Part shown: positions 19,315 through 27,046 of the stretch, one piece after another
Position numbering within the stretch: the first letter of the stretch is position 1
Layout: each line of letters begins with the position of its first letter
Origin: a virus
Lineage: Duplodnaviria; Caudoviricetes
Length of the DNA: 36,975 nt
Reading direction: 5' to 3' (one strand)
Virus record (IMG/VR): IMGVR_UViG_3300017780_004945
Span: 1-36,975 of that record
Notes under the pieces: model-generated
Told to the model about the DNA's origin: nothing
Seen by the model: only the letters and a program-made list of their open reading frames with translations
The model's database searches: none
Position numbers and translations under genes: made by a program

Positions 19315-19605
19315 ATGGCCAGAGATACACCGCAACAGAATTCAAAAAAACAAACTATGGGAACGGTGGTCTCAGTTATATCCGTATCTAGTGCTCTTGC
19401 TGTTTTTAATTTCTCTTGGAAATTTCGTGATGACGTCGAAAAAATTGTCAACAGCCAAGCGCGCCTATTCAAACCAAGCCGAGATGAAATCCGGGAAGTC
19501 TGTAAGGAACTCGTCGATACTGAGAAAGAACGGGCTCGAGATAAGGAGCGGGAATTGAGAGAGCTTTTGGATTACTTCATCAAACTAAGAAAGAGGGAGT
19601 ATTGA
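19315..19605 (+). CDS. Small membrane-anchored protein (possible holin/antiholin)
   Basis: One hydrophobic segment (VVSVISVSSALAVFNFSW) followed by a charged coiled coil. Confidence 0.45.
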   Translation: MARDTPQQNSKKQTMGTVVSVISVSSALAVFNFSWKFRDDVEKIVNSQARLFKPSRDEIREVCKELVDTEKERARDKERELRELLDYFIKLRKREY

Positions 19606-19608
19606 TTA

Positions 19609-21663
19609 GTGCCTATTGTTATTGATTATAACAAAAACGGAGGAATGGTCACGGATGGAGATAAAGGAGATATCACCGTTACGTCGGCTGGAACCGTTTG
19701 GACAATTGATAACAATGCTGTTTCGAACGCAAAAGCGGCTCAAGTGGCTACAGCAACGATTAAAGGGCGCGTCACAGCAGGCACAGGCAACGTCGAAGAT
19801 TTAAGCGGTACACAAGCCACAACCCTCCTCGATACATTTACAAGTGGACTTAAGGGTCTTGCGCCTTCGTCGGGCGGTGGAACTGCAAATTATTTACGAG
19901 CAGATGGTACGTGGACTTCACCGCCAGGCGCAGGAATTTCGGATGGTGATAAAGGAGATATCACAGTATCTGGCTCGGGCGCGACGTGGACTATAGATCC
20001 GAATGCAGTCACAAACGCCAAAGCCGCGCAAATGGCGGCAAATACTTTTAAAGGCAATAACACGGGAGGCGCTTCCGATCCTTTAGATTTAACAGTAGCG
20101 CAAGCAAAAACATTACTTGCCTTAACTTCTGCAGATGTGGGTCTTGGCAACGTTGATAATACTAGCGACGCAAACAAGCCAGTATCGACAGCACAAGGTG
20201 CAGCAGACGCAGCAGTTCAGGCTTTTGCTATCCAAAGAGCTAATCACACAGGAACGCAGCTCGCTTCAACCATAAGCGATTTTACCGAAGCTGCTCAGGA
20301 TGCTACGGGCGCGATGGTCGACACAACGCTTGTTTATGTCGACGGTACGCCATTACTTACTAGGGCTGCGTTGACGGGCGACGTCACAGCATCGCAAGGT
20401 TCTAACGCTACGACAATTGTAAACGATGCAGTTACAAACGTTAAATTAGCCAATGTAGCTACAGCAACACTCAAAGGCAGAATTACAGCAGCGACCGGAG
20501 ATCCTGAAGACCTCACCGGAACACAGGCGACGACGTTGTTAGATATTTTCACAAGCGCTTTAAAAGGTCTTACGCCTGCTTCTGGTGGGGGCACAGCCAA
20601 TTTTTTAAGAGCAGACGGTACTTGGGTCGCACCTCCGACAGGCGGTGTTTCTGATGGAGATAAAGGCGATATTACGGTTACGGGATCAGGTGCAACATGG
20701 ACTATAGACGCCGGAGTCGTAACGACTACAAAAATGGGTGGTGATGTCACGGCGGCAGGCAAAGCATTGCTTGATGATGCCGACGCTACGGCACAGAGAA
20801 CAACGCTAGGTTTAGGAAATGTGGACAACACGTCTGATGCGAATAAACCTGTTTCAACGGCTCAAGGCGCCGCGGATTCAGCGGTCCAGGCGTTTTCTAT
20901 TCAGCGCGCAAATCACACGGGCACCCAATTAGCGTCAACGATCAGTGATTTTACTGAGACGGCTCAAGATGCTGTTGGAGCGATGGTTGATTCGACTCTT
21001 GTTTATGTCGACGGTACGCCTCTTTTAACCCGTGCAGCTTTAACTGGTGATGTCACTGCGGCACAAGCTTCAAACGCAACAACGATCGCAAATAATGTGG
21101 TTTCAAATGCGAAATTGGCGCAAATGGCGGCTTCGACGATAAAGGGCAATAACACAGGTGGCGCGTCAAACGCTCTTGATCTCACAGCTACACAAACAAC
21201 AGCCATGTTAGATTTATTCACTTCCGCGTTAAAAGGTTTAGTGCCTCCTTCTGGTGGTGGCACTACAACGTTTTTAAGAGCGGATGGAACCTTTGCCGTA
21301 CCGTCTGGGGGAGGTGGTGGTGGCAGTGCAAACGTAGGAACGGCAACCATTGATTTTGGGGTATTTCCTGGCAAAAGTGATGCAACCGTGGCTGTTACCG
21401 GACAAGCTTCTATTGTAGCAGGTTCGACCGTTCAAGCGTGGCTTAAACTCTCAGCTTCAGCGGATCACAGTGCAGATGAGCACATGTTAGAGACAATTAA
21501 AGTGTATGCTGGGAATATAGTTGCAGCTACTGGCTTTACGATTTACGCTGTCAACGATGATAAAAACATTGGGGGAGCTTCTCCCCCAAATAGATATAAG
21601 AGCTATGGCGGCGGGGATACACGAATTTACGGGACATGGAATGTGTCTTGGATGTGGGCATAG
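19609..21663 (+). CDS. Long modular tail fibre protein
   Basis: Three copies of DGDKGDITV, two of [18 protein letters not shown], two of [17 protein letters not shown] and three of LRADGT(W/F), all familiar fibre repeats. Confidence 0.8.
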   Translation: MPIVIDYNKNGGMVTDGDKGDITVTSAGTVWTIDNNAVSNAKAAQVATATIKGRVTAGTGNVEDLSGTQATTLLDTFTSGLKGLAPSSGGGTANYLRADGTWTSPPGAGISDGDKGDITVSGSGATWTIDPNAVTNAKAAQMAANTFKGNNTGGASDPLDLTVAQAKTLLALTSADVGLGNVDNTSDANKPVSTAQGAADAAVQAFAIQRANHTGTQLASTISDFTEAAQDATGAMVDTTLVYVDGTPLLTRAALTGDVTASQGSNATTIVNDAVTNVKLANVATATLKGRITAATGDPEDLTGTQATTLLDIFTSALKGLTPASGGGTANFLRADGTWVAPPTGGVSDGDKGDITVTGSGATWTIDAGVVTTTKMGGDVTAAGKALLDDADATAQRTTLGLGNVDNTSDANKPVSTAQGAADSAVQAFSIQRANHTGTQLASTISDFTETAQDAVGAMVDSTLVYVDGTPLLTRAALTGDVTAAQASNATTIANNVVSNAKLAQMAASTIKGNNTGGASNALDLTATQTTAMLDLFTSALKGLVPPSGGGTTTFLRADGTFAVPSGGGGGGSANVGTATIDFGVFPGKSDATVAVTGQASIVAGSTVQAWLKLSASADHSADEHMLETIKVYAGNIVAATGFTIYAVNDDKNIGGASPPNRYKSYGGGDTRIYGTWNVSWMWA

Positions 21664-21674
21664 AAAGGTAATTT

Positions 21675-22349
21675 ATGGCGATACAAATAATTGGGAATGG
21701 CGGCACAGTTAGTGAAGTGGACGGGACTTTATTTAGGGCACAGAGGGTCACCTCAAGGCCTGTAGACCACGGAGCGTTAGGCGCGTATGCCTACGGTGGC
21801 ACGACAGGTATTTTGCCAGCAGCCCTAGCCGCCAATTCAGAGATCTTTCAATTCCGATGGGCCAACACACCAAATTTTGCGGTCATTCGAAAAGTAAGAA
21901 TTTCTGCTTGTGTGACTACCACGTTTTTTGCTGCTGGTGTTCCTGTTCAAATTGATCTTGTGAAATCCACAGCTTGGTCTGTGGCTGGAACAGGTGGTAC
22001 GGCCATTACGCCAGCAGCACTTTTAAAACGTCGTACATCGATGGGATCAACTTTGATGGTCGCTGGTGACATGAGAATAGCTACAACCGCGGCTCTTGGT
22101 GCTGGCACAAAAACGCTTGAAACCTTATCGTTAAGTTTTATAAACGCCCCTGGTCCTATCACAGCTTCCCTCAATGGGCAGATCATTGCGCCTGGTACCA
22201 TCCTTTGGCAAGCCGAAGTAGGAGACGGAGAGCATCCATTGGTATTGGCACAAAACGAAGGTTTTTCTATAAGGTCTGTGGCCGTTCCTGCAACGGGGAC
22301 TTGGATGGCTACGGTTAACGTCGATTGGTCTGAGGTCACGCAGTACTAA
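21675..22349 (+). CDS. Fibre-associated virion protein
   Basis: 224 aa, beta-rich, directly downstream of the long fibre gene. Confidence 0.55.
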   Translation: MAIQIIGNGGTVSEVDGTLFRAQRVTSRPVDHGALGAYAYGGTTGILPAALAANSEIFQFRWANTPNFAVIRKVRISACVTTTFFAAGVPVQIDLVKSTAWSVAGTGGTAITPAALLKRRTSMGSTLMVAGDMRIATTAALGAGTKTLETLSLSFINAPGPITASLNGQIIAPGTILWQAEVGDGEHPLVLAQNEGFSIRSVAVPATGTWMATVNVDWSEVTQY

Positions 22350-22735
22350 TGAAACTCACGGATAACTTTTACTTTCAGGAATTTAAGGGACTGCGCGGGA
22401 ATGACACGCACATTCAGAACTTCCTTATGCTAAGCTTATTTATATTGGAACCTGTAAGAAAAAAGTTTGGCGGTCCGATTGCAATCACTTCTGGCTATAG
22501 GTCCAAGGCGTATAATGAATCCATTGGCGGCTCTCCTACTTCTCAGCATGTGTTAGCAGAGGCGGTAGATTTCTTAGTTCCTAACGCGGATAAGTTCCAA
22601 GTTTTTAAGTTTTTGTGTGAGCAAATCAACTGGCCTGGCCAGATCTTTGTTTATGCAAAAAAGGGGCATCTCCATGTGGGCTTGCCCCGCCTGGGGTTGA
22701 TCCCAACAAGAAAAATCATGGAGGTAAACAAATGA
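22349..22735 (+). CDS. Endolysin, peptidase M15 family
   Basis: Zinc-peptidase motifs ITSGYRS..YN..IGG...SQH...AVDF and HLHVG. Confidence 0.85.
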   Translation: MKLTDNFYFQEFKGLRGNDTHIQNFLMLSLFILEPVRKKFGGPIAITSGYRSKAYNESIGGSPTSQHVLAEAVDFLVPNADKFQVFKFLCEQINWPGQIFVYAKKGHLHVGLPRLGLIPTRKIMEVNK

Positions 22736-22983
22736 AAAAAGCAATAATCCTTAGTGTGGTATTTTTAAGCCTAGCAGCTTTGGCGCAAGACGGGGCAGCT
22801 CCCTCAAGTCAGCCTATCATCGCTCTTCCACTTCCACAAAGTTGGTCGTCTAATGCTATTGTAGTGTTATGCGTGAACTTTGTGCTTGCGGTGACATCCA
22901 TTCTTTCGAGCAAAGTTCCAGGAGCGGCTGGAAAGATTTTGCGCTCTATATTGGATCTCTTCACCGGAAATCCCAAACACTAA
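22732..22983 (+). CDS. Putative holin
   Basis: Two hydrophobic segments; located between endolysin and spanins. Confidence 0.5.
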   Translation: MKKAIILSVVFLSLAALAQDGAAPSSQPIIALPLPQSWSSNAIVVLCVNFVLAVTSILSSKVPGAAGKILRSILDLFTGNPKH

Positions 22984-23265
22984 ATGCCATTCGTAGTTGT
23001 TCTTTTAATCGCGACGTTGTTTTTGATTGCAGGTTTTGTCGTAGGGCACTTCCTCACAAAGCAACGTCTCGAAATAGAGTTTGTACTACGTGAACGAGAA
23101 CAAGCGAAACGAATCGCAAAGGCCATGGAAAAGGTTTATGCGATGGAAAGGAAATATGAAGAACTTGCTGTTAAAATCAAAGTTTTGCAAGCCAGTGATG
23201 ATATTCCTATTGATAAGCTTAATCAGCTGTTCCAAGAGATACGTGACAAGTTGTCCTCTGAGTAA
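22984..23265 (+). CDS. Putative inner-membrane spanin (Rz-like)
   Basis: N-terminal transmembrane helix plus coiled coil, overlapped by a lipoprotein ORF. Confidence 0.65.
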   Translation: MPFVVVLLIATLFLIAGFVVGHFLTKQRLEIEFVLREREQAKRIAKAMEKVYAMERKYEELAVKIKVLQASDDIPIDKLNQLFQEIRDKLSSE

Positions 23266-23470
23266 ACTTGTAAAACCCGAGTGGAATTATAAGGGAACCG
23301 TTCTGGATGACAACAGAAATGTTTTCAAGCAACTCGAAGGCGACGACTCGTATGCGTGTATGCAGAAGGCGAGAATTCTGGAAGTGTTTACGGAATTAAA
23401 CCGATGTGACTACGCGCGCAAAAGTCTTATCAAATTAATTGATGCGGCGAACACAGAAGATAAAAAATAA
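23156..23470 (+). CDS. Putative outer-membrane spanin lipoprotein (Rz1-like)
   Basis: ATG 23156 after AAGGA gives MKNLLLKSKFCKPVMIFLLISLISC with lipobox LISC. It overlaps the inner spanin in another frame. Confidence 0.65.
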   Translation: MKNLLLKSKFCKPVMIFLLISLISCSKRYVTSCPLSKLVKPEWNYKGTVLDDNRNVFKQLEGDDSYACMQKARILEVFTELNRCDYARKSLIKLIDAANTEDKK

Positions 23471-23471
23471 A

Positions 23472-23480
23472 TGCTATAAT
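23472..23480 (+). promoter_or_regulatory. Extended -10 promoter
   Basis: TGcTATAAT, a perfect extended -10, 11 nt upstream of ATG 23492, implying a nearly leaderless mRNA. Confidence 0.6.
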
Positions 23481-23491
23481 CTTTTTGACTT

Positions 23492-23704
23492 ATGCAAAGA
23501 CGCACGTATTGTCATGACGTGGCTTACAAACCTTCCATTGTGTTGGATGTGCATAACATTGATCGAATGGTCACAAGTCATTTAGGCGAAGACTACACTT
23601 TAATTATCACTAAAAACAGCGAGCGCATTACTGTGCATATGCCGATACAGGAATGCAGGGCGCGTTTCTTTCGCGTCAAATGGGAAGATGCGGAGGAGGA
23701 ATGA
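23492..23704 (+). CDS. Hypothetical protein
   Basis: 70 aa, coupled to the next ORF by ATGA. Confidence 0.55.
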   Translation: MQRRTYCHDVAYKPSIVLDVHNIDRMVTSHLGEDYTLIITKNSERITVHMPIQECRARFFRVKWEDAEEE

Positions 23705-23910
23705 AGAGTCGTATGAATGGGAATGTTAAATGGGCAAAGGGAGCCATTCATAGAGACGTGTTTTCGATGTCGGACATGAGATCGCAAGAAAGAAAAATAG
23801 AATGTGACGCCTGTCATGTTATTTACACAAAAACAAATAGACGTGTGGTTTATCCAAGTGGAAAATATCAAATTTGTGAAAAATGTTGGCGAAAGGAGCT
23901 AAGCCGATGA
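23701..23910 (+). CDS. Small zinc-finger protein
   Basis: GGAGG RBS before ATG 23701; CDAC...CEKC motif. Confidence 0.6.
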   Translation: MKSRMNGNVKWAKGAIHRDVFSMSDMRSQERKIECDACHVIYTKTNRRVVYPSGKYQICEKCWRKELSR

Positions 23911-24014
23911 GCTTTGAGAGATTTGCAGCGTATGTTCTGGCCGGGGTAGTGATGATTGGGTGTATCGGGGTGACGATTATTTCGCTTATTTTGGATAGGC
24001 GCAAGGATCGCTGA
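23907..24014 (+). CDS. 35-aa membrane microprotein
   Basis: Hand-translated as MSFERFAAYVLAGVVMIGCIGVTIISLILDRRKDR; AAGGAG RBS and ATGA coupling. Confidence 0.55.
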   Translation: MSFERFAAYVLAGVVMIGCIGVTIISLILDRRKDR

Positions 24015-24054
24015 AAGTTAGACAAGAGTTAGAAGCTGTGCAAAGCTTTTGTCA

Positions 24055-24219
24055 ATGAAAAAATGCATGACACTCACGCTGGAATCTGGCCAGCTCATAA
24101 CAATTCAAGAATCAGATAAGCAAGGGTACTTTCAACTCAAGATTGATGATGTGATTGCGCCCTTAAACCGGAAAGAGTCGGAAATCGTAACCAACACTCT
24201 GGACAACTTCCTTGGCTAA
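24055..24219 (+). CDS. Hypothetical protein (54 aa)
   Basis: Hand-translated as MKKCMTLTLESGQ...LDNFLG; TAATG overlap with the next ORF. Confidence 0.5.
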   Translation: MKKCMTLTLESGQLITIQESDKQGYFQLKIDDVIAPLNRKESEIVTNTLDNFLG

Positions 24220-24779
24220 TGAATCGCTCCAAGATCAACACACGTCAACGCCGTAACAAAGCTTTCTCACTTTTAAATCAACCTTTACCTGTCACTATTC
24301 CCGAAGCGCCCGTGAAACCTGAGTTTCAGGATACCTATACACAAATGGGATACCCCGTAAACCACGGCCTCCAATACGAGGAACCCTTAGAAGATACCAT
24401 GGATCGCGAGCTAAATAGTATCTCTGCGTCAGACGTTCCCGTACCAGGGGGGAGTTACATTACCGACTACGACGGCATACAGCTAACGATCAGTAAGCTG
24501 TCGATGGCGTTTATGAACGCTCGGAGTAGGCTAGAATGGGCTGGGCACACAATCTCAACCCAAGAGAAGGCCCTTTACGAGAAAGAACGCCTATTGGCCG
24601 ACATTCAAGGAATTAAGACACCTCCAAGGCCACCCAAGGCCCCATTTTTCACAGAACCGACCAATGCGGGTGAGATCATCATGGTAACGCGAGAAGTCGC
24701 AAATCGTTTTGGAATGATCGCGGTAGGAACTGCGGCAGGTTCATTTTTTTTGTTTTTTTTGTGGAAACTCTTTTTTTGA
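24219..24779 (+). CDS. Hypothetical protein with a C-terminal membrane anchor
   Basis: 186 aa; ends in FGMIAVGTAAGSFFLFFLWKLFF. Confidence 0.6.
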   Translation: MNRSKINTRQRRNKAFSLLNQPLPVTIPEAPVKPEFQDTYTQMGYPVNHGLQYEEPLEDTMDRELNSISASDVPVPGGSYITDYDGIQLTISKLSMAFMNARSRLEWAGHTISTQEKALYEKERLLADIQGIKTPPRPPKAPFFTEPTNAGEIIMVTREVANRFGMIAVGTAAGSFFLFFLWKLFF

Positions 24780-25049
24780 GAATAGAGGGCTTATAAGGCC
24801 GTGCATCCCCTCGGGTACGGCTGTTATCTGTTGAAGCACTATTGTTGCACTCATCCTTCAGTTCCGCGCCTTGAATTTAGCTTAAAGCAGCTATGCACCT
24901 CGCAGAACCGTCGAAAGGCTTTATGTTGTGGCCGCCCCATTCGAACTTCACCTATTGCCCTCAACTAGGTGGCGTGCACTGCTCCTCACAGCGTCGATAT
25001 GAACCGTTAAGCCTATTGAGTATCTTTTTAAGGTGAAAGTTCTCAAAAA
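24773..25049. ncRNA. Candidate ~280-nt structured RNA or ssDNA element (strand unresolved)
   Basis: Closing stems TTTTTGAGAA/TTCTCAAAAA and GGCTTA/TAAGCC enclose several nested helices found by hand; no ORF of 60 aa or more. Confidence 0.55.
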
Positions 25050-25069
25050 CATAACCTTGCTTTTTTTTC

Positions 25070-25097
25070 TTGAATCTCTGAAATTTGTTGATACAGT
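25070..25097 (+). promoter_or_regulatory. Promoter of the candidate small RNA
   Basis: TTGAAT, 16-bp spacer, TACAGT with a TGn extension and a T-rich upstream tract. Confidence 0.55.
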
Positions 25098-25102
25098 GGA
25101 AC

Positions 25103-25190
25103 TGCATCATTTCATAAATCCAAATTTTTAAGCAATTGGAATTTATTACGGAAAGAAGAGGGACTCAAGAAATTGGGTCCTTTTTTTTTT
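25103..25190 (+). ncRNA. Candidate ~85-nt small RNA
   Basis: Bounded by the 25070-25097 promoter and a strong terminator. Internal hairpin ATAAATCCAA/TTGGAATTTAT; no ORF. Confidence 0.5.
25161..25190 (+). terminator. Intrinsic terminator
   Basis: GGACTCAA-GAAA-TTGGGTCC (8-bp stem with one G-U and a GAAA loop) followed by T10. Confidence 0.85.
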
Positions 25191-25288
25191 GTTATCAACC
25201 TAAGTAAGCGTAATTACGAGCAATGGCGCTCTTCCCTGAATGAAATGGGGTTTATCCCCTGTAATGAAGGGAAGAGCAACTAGAGGGC

Positions 25289-25337
25289 GGTACTTAGCAA
25301 GCAGGATTAAGCGTTGTTAAGTACCTTGCTTTTTTTT
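25289..25337 (+). terminator. Terminator-like hairpin
   Basis: GGTACTTAGCAA/TTGTTAAGTACC 12-bp stem (one G-U) followed by TTGC and T8. Confidence 0.5.
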
Positions 25338-25446
25338 AATAAAAAGTTTGCAAACATCATTACGTTGTGGTGAAGTGTTTATATCGAGTCAATCAAGACT
25401 CAACCGACGCCTCAAGGTTGTAGAGGCACTGGAAACAGGAGTTAAC

Positions 25447-25557
25447 ATGAAACAACAAACCAAAGATATTCTAGACGCAACACTGGGAGCTATTATTGTA
25501 GTAGCGACGTGCGTTTTCTTTTTTATAATCGTGCACGCGATGGAGGTGCTGTCATGA
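25447..25557 (+). CDS. 36-aa membrane microprotein, first early gene
   Basis: AGGAG RBS before ATG 25447; MKQQTKDILDATLGAIIVVATCVFFFIIVHAMEVLS. Confidence 0.6.
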   Translation: MKQQTKDILDATLGAIIVVATCVFFFIIVHAMEVLS

Positions 25558-25907
25558 AACTAAAACTAGACATTACCATTGAAGAAGAACAGTCCTCTAA
25601 GGGAATTGAGTCCCTTTTAGATATTGAGCACGATGTAATGGGTATCGTTGAAAAGCAGTCGCAGGGTGACATTAAGTATATGGCGCTGGCGCTAAATAAT
25701 CTGTGTGAGATCAGTAAAGCCGACAGACACGAATTGGAGTTCTTTGTTAACGAATTAAACGAGATGATTCAAGATCAACTCAAAGAGAGGGTTCAAGACG
25801 CTCTGTATAAGGTGTACCCGGTTAGCTCGATGGCGGCCGATGATCCAAATTACGAGTACCCGCTCTATATTAAAAACATTAACTGGAAGGTGTGCGATGA
25901 GTTCTAA
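25554..25907 (+). CDS. Hypothetical protein
   Basis: GGAGG RBS and ATGA coupling at 25554. Confidence 0.6.
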   Translation: MKLKLDITIEEEQSSKGIESLLDIEHDVMGIVEKQSQGDIKYMALALNNLCEISKADRHELEFFVNELNEMIQDQLKERVQDALYKVYPVSSMAADDPNYEYPLYIKNINWKVCDEF

Positions 25908-26088
25908 AAGAACCTTTGATAATCTCTTGAAAAGATTTTGGGGAGAAGAACAACCAAAAAAAGAAACCGCTTCGACGGAGCCTACAATGGATGATTTTAT
26001 ACGCCTAAAGAATAAACTGGCGGAGGACTTTCAAGCGTATGAGAAGAGCCGCGAGAAGTGGATTAATGGTACCCGAGGGGAGGAATAA
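25897..26088 (+). CDS. Hypothetical protein
   Basis: MSSKRTF..., with an AAGG RBS; coupled to the next ORF. Confidence 0.55.
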   Translation: MSSKRTFDNLLKRFWGEEQPKKETASTEPTMDDFIRLKNKLAEDFQAYEKSREKWINGTRGEE

Positions 26089-26345
26089 TGCCTTCTAAAA
26101 ACTACAAATGGCAAAAGGAATGGACCGTGGATCTAGATAGGTGCACAGCTAAACACAAGGACGGACTCTTGTTCAATGTGGACGAAGACCAAAACGGCGA
26201 GCTGGAGTGCTCCATTGAGCTGAAGGGCGAGTCTTGGAATTACTACACGATGAAGCGCGAGTCTCTTTCAAAAGATCAATTCGAAGAGCATTTAGGAAAA
26301 CTACAACGACAAGCGAAAGAAATATTTAAAGCAAAATATAAATAA
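26088..26345 (+). CDS. Hypothetical protein
   Basis: 85 aa; GGAGG RBS. Confidence 0.6.
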   Translation: MPSKNYKWQKEWTVDLDRCTAKHKDGLLFNVDEDQNGELECSIELKGESWNYYTMKRESLSKDQFEEHLGKLQRQAKEIFKAKYK

Positions 26346-26395
26346 AAGTTGTTTTTTTTAATGATAAACATAATGTCATAACGTGAAAGGATGCA

Positions 26396-27046
26396 ATGAA
26401 CGAATTAATTATACCAAGCGAACTTAAAGAACTCAGCCTTTGCTCAAGAGCGTTTTCGTATACAATTGAAAACGAACAAGACGTAATAGGCGCAAGCCAC
26501 TTGCTTTCGGAGTTTGCAGAGAAAAAGAAACTGTTTGAAAATCTGCGCGAGATGTTTATCCGCCCTATTAAGCGAGTGATGGCAAAGAAAGAGGAAGAGA
26601 TTCGAGAAGCGGCTAGGCCATTTGAAGAAGCGGATCAAGAACTTCGAAAGCGCATTGCTAAATACATGGACAGATCACGCGCTGAAAAGATTAGGCTTGC
26701 GGAAATTGAAAAGCAAAAACAAATCGAGTCTCAAAAAGAAAAGATTGAGGAGCTTACGAAAGTAGAATTAATCACAGGTGAGAAATCTATTTTAGCGCCT
26801 TTAGTGCAAGCCAACATTTCTGCACTAGAAAACATGGACATAAATGATATGCGGCAGTCTGTAAGAACGCCGCAAGGAATGGTTTCCCAAAGTTTAGTGT
26901 GGAAGTGGGAAGTGCAAGACAGCTCTTTAATTCCTCGTGATTTTTTTATCGTGGATGAAAAGAAAATAGAGACAAATTGTAAATCAGGACAACGTGATGT
27001 GCCTGGAATTAGATACTGGCAAGAAAGTAGAGTGAGTGTAAAATGA
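26396..27046 (+). CDS. Coiled-coil recombination-associated protein (Gam/Gp157-like)
   Basis: Long coiled coil ending in WKWEVQDSSLIPRDFFIVDEKKI...VPGIRYW; located before the ERF gene. Confidence 0.55.
   Translation: MNELIIPSELKELSLCSRAFSYTIENEQDVIGASHLLSEFAEKKKLFENLREMFIRPIKRVMAKKEEEIREAARPFEEADQELRKRIAKYMDRSRAEKIRLAEIEKQKQIESQKEKIEELTKVELITGEKSILAPLVQANISALENMDINDMRQSVRTPQGMVSQSLVWKWEVQDSSLIPRDFFIVDEKKIETNCKSGQRDVPGIRYWQESRVSVK

Noticed and set aside
19304-19558. Alternative-frame 84-aa ORF with a hydrophobic stretch overlapping 19315..19605
   Set aside because: I cannot exclude it, but 19315..19605 fills the gap to the next gene and supplies its RBS. There is no lipobox to suggest an embedded spanin.
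2946-22349. Diversity-generating retroelement or invertible fibre cassette
   Set aside because: There is no reverse transcriptase or invertase. Repeat differences are synonymous rather than adenine-specific, and no fibre segment is inverted.
24930-24955. tRNA suggested by GTTCGAAT on the minus strand
   Set aside because: The flanks do not form a T-stem and no cloverleaf can be built.
24948-25052. 34-aa minus-strand ORF (MFLRTFTLKRYSIG...) as a type I toxin opposed by the small RNA
   Set aside because: It has no transmembrane helix and a weak RBS, and it lies inside the structured element. A leader-peptide role is not excluded.
24780-25446. CRISPR mini-array or hammerhead ribozyme
   Set aside because: There are no regularly spaced repeats, and I found no CUGANGA...GAAA core with the required stems.
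25348-25446. N-terminal extension of the 25348..25557 track ORF
   Set aside because: The TTG start has no RBS. AGGAG before ATG 25447 is the better start, leaving this stretch as promoter and leader.
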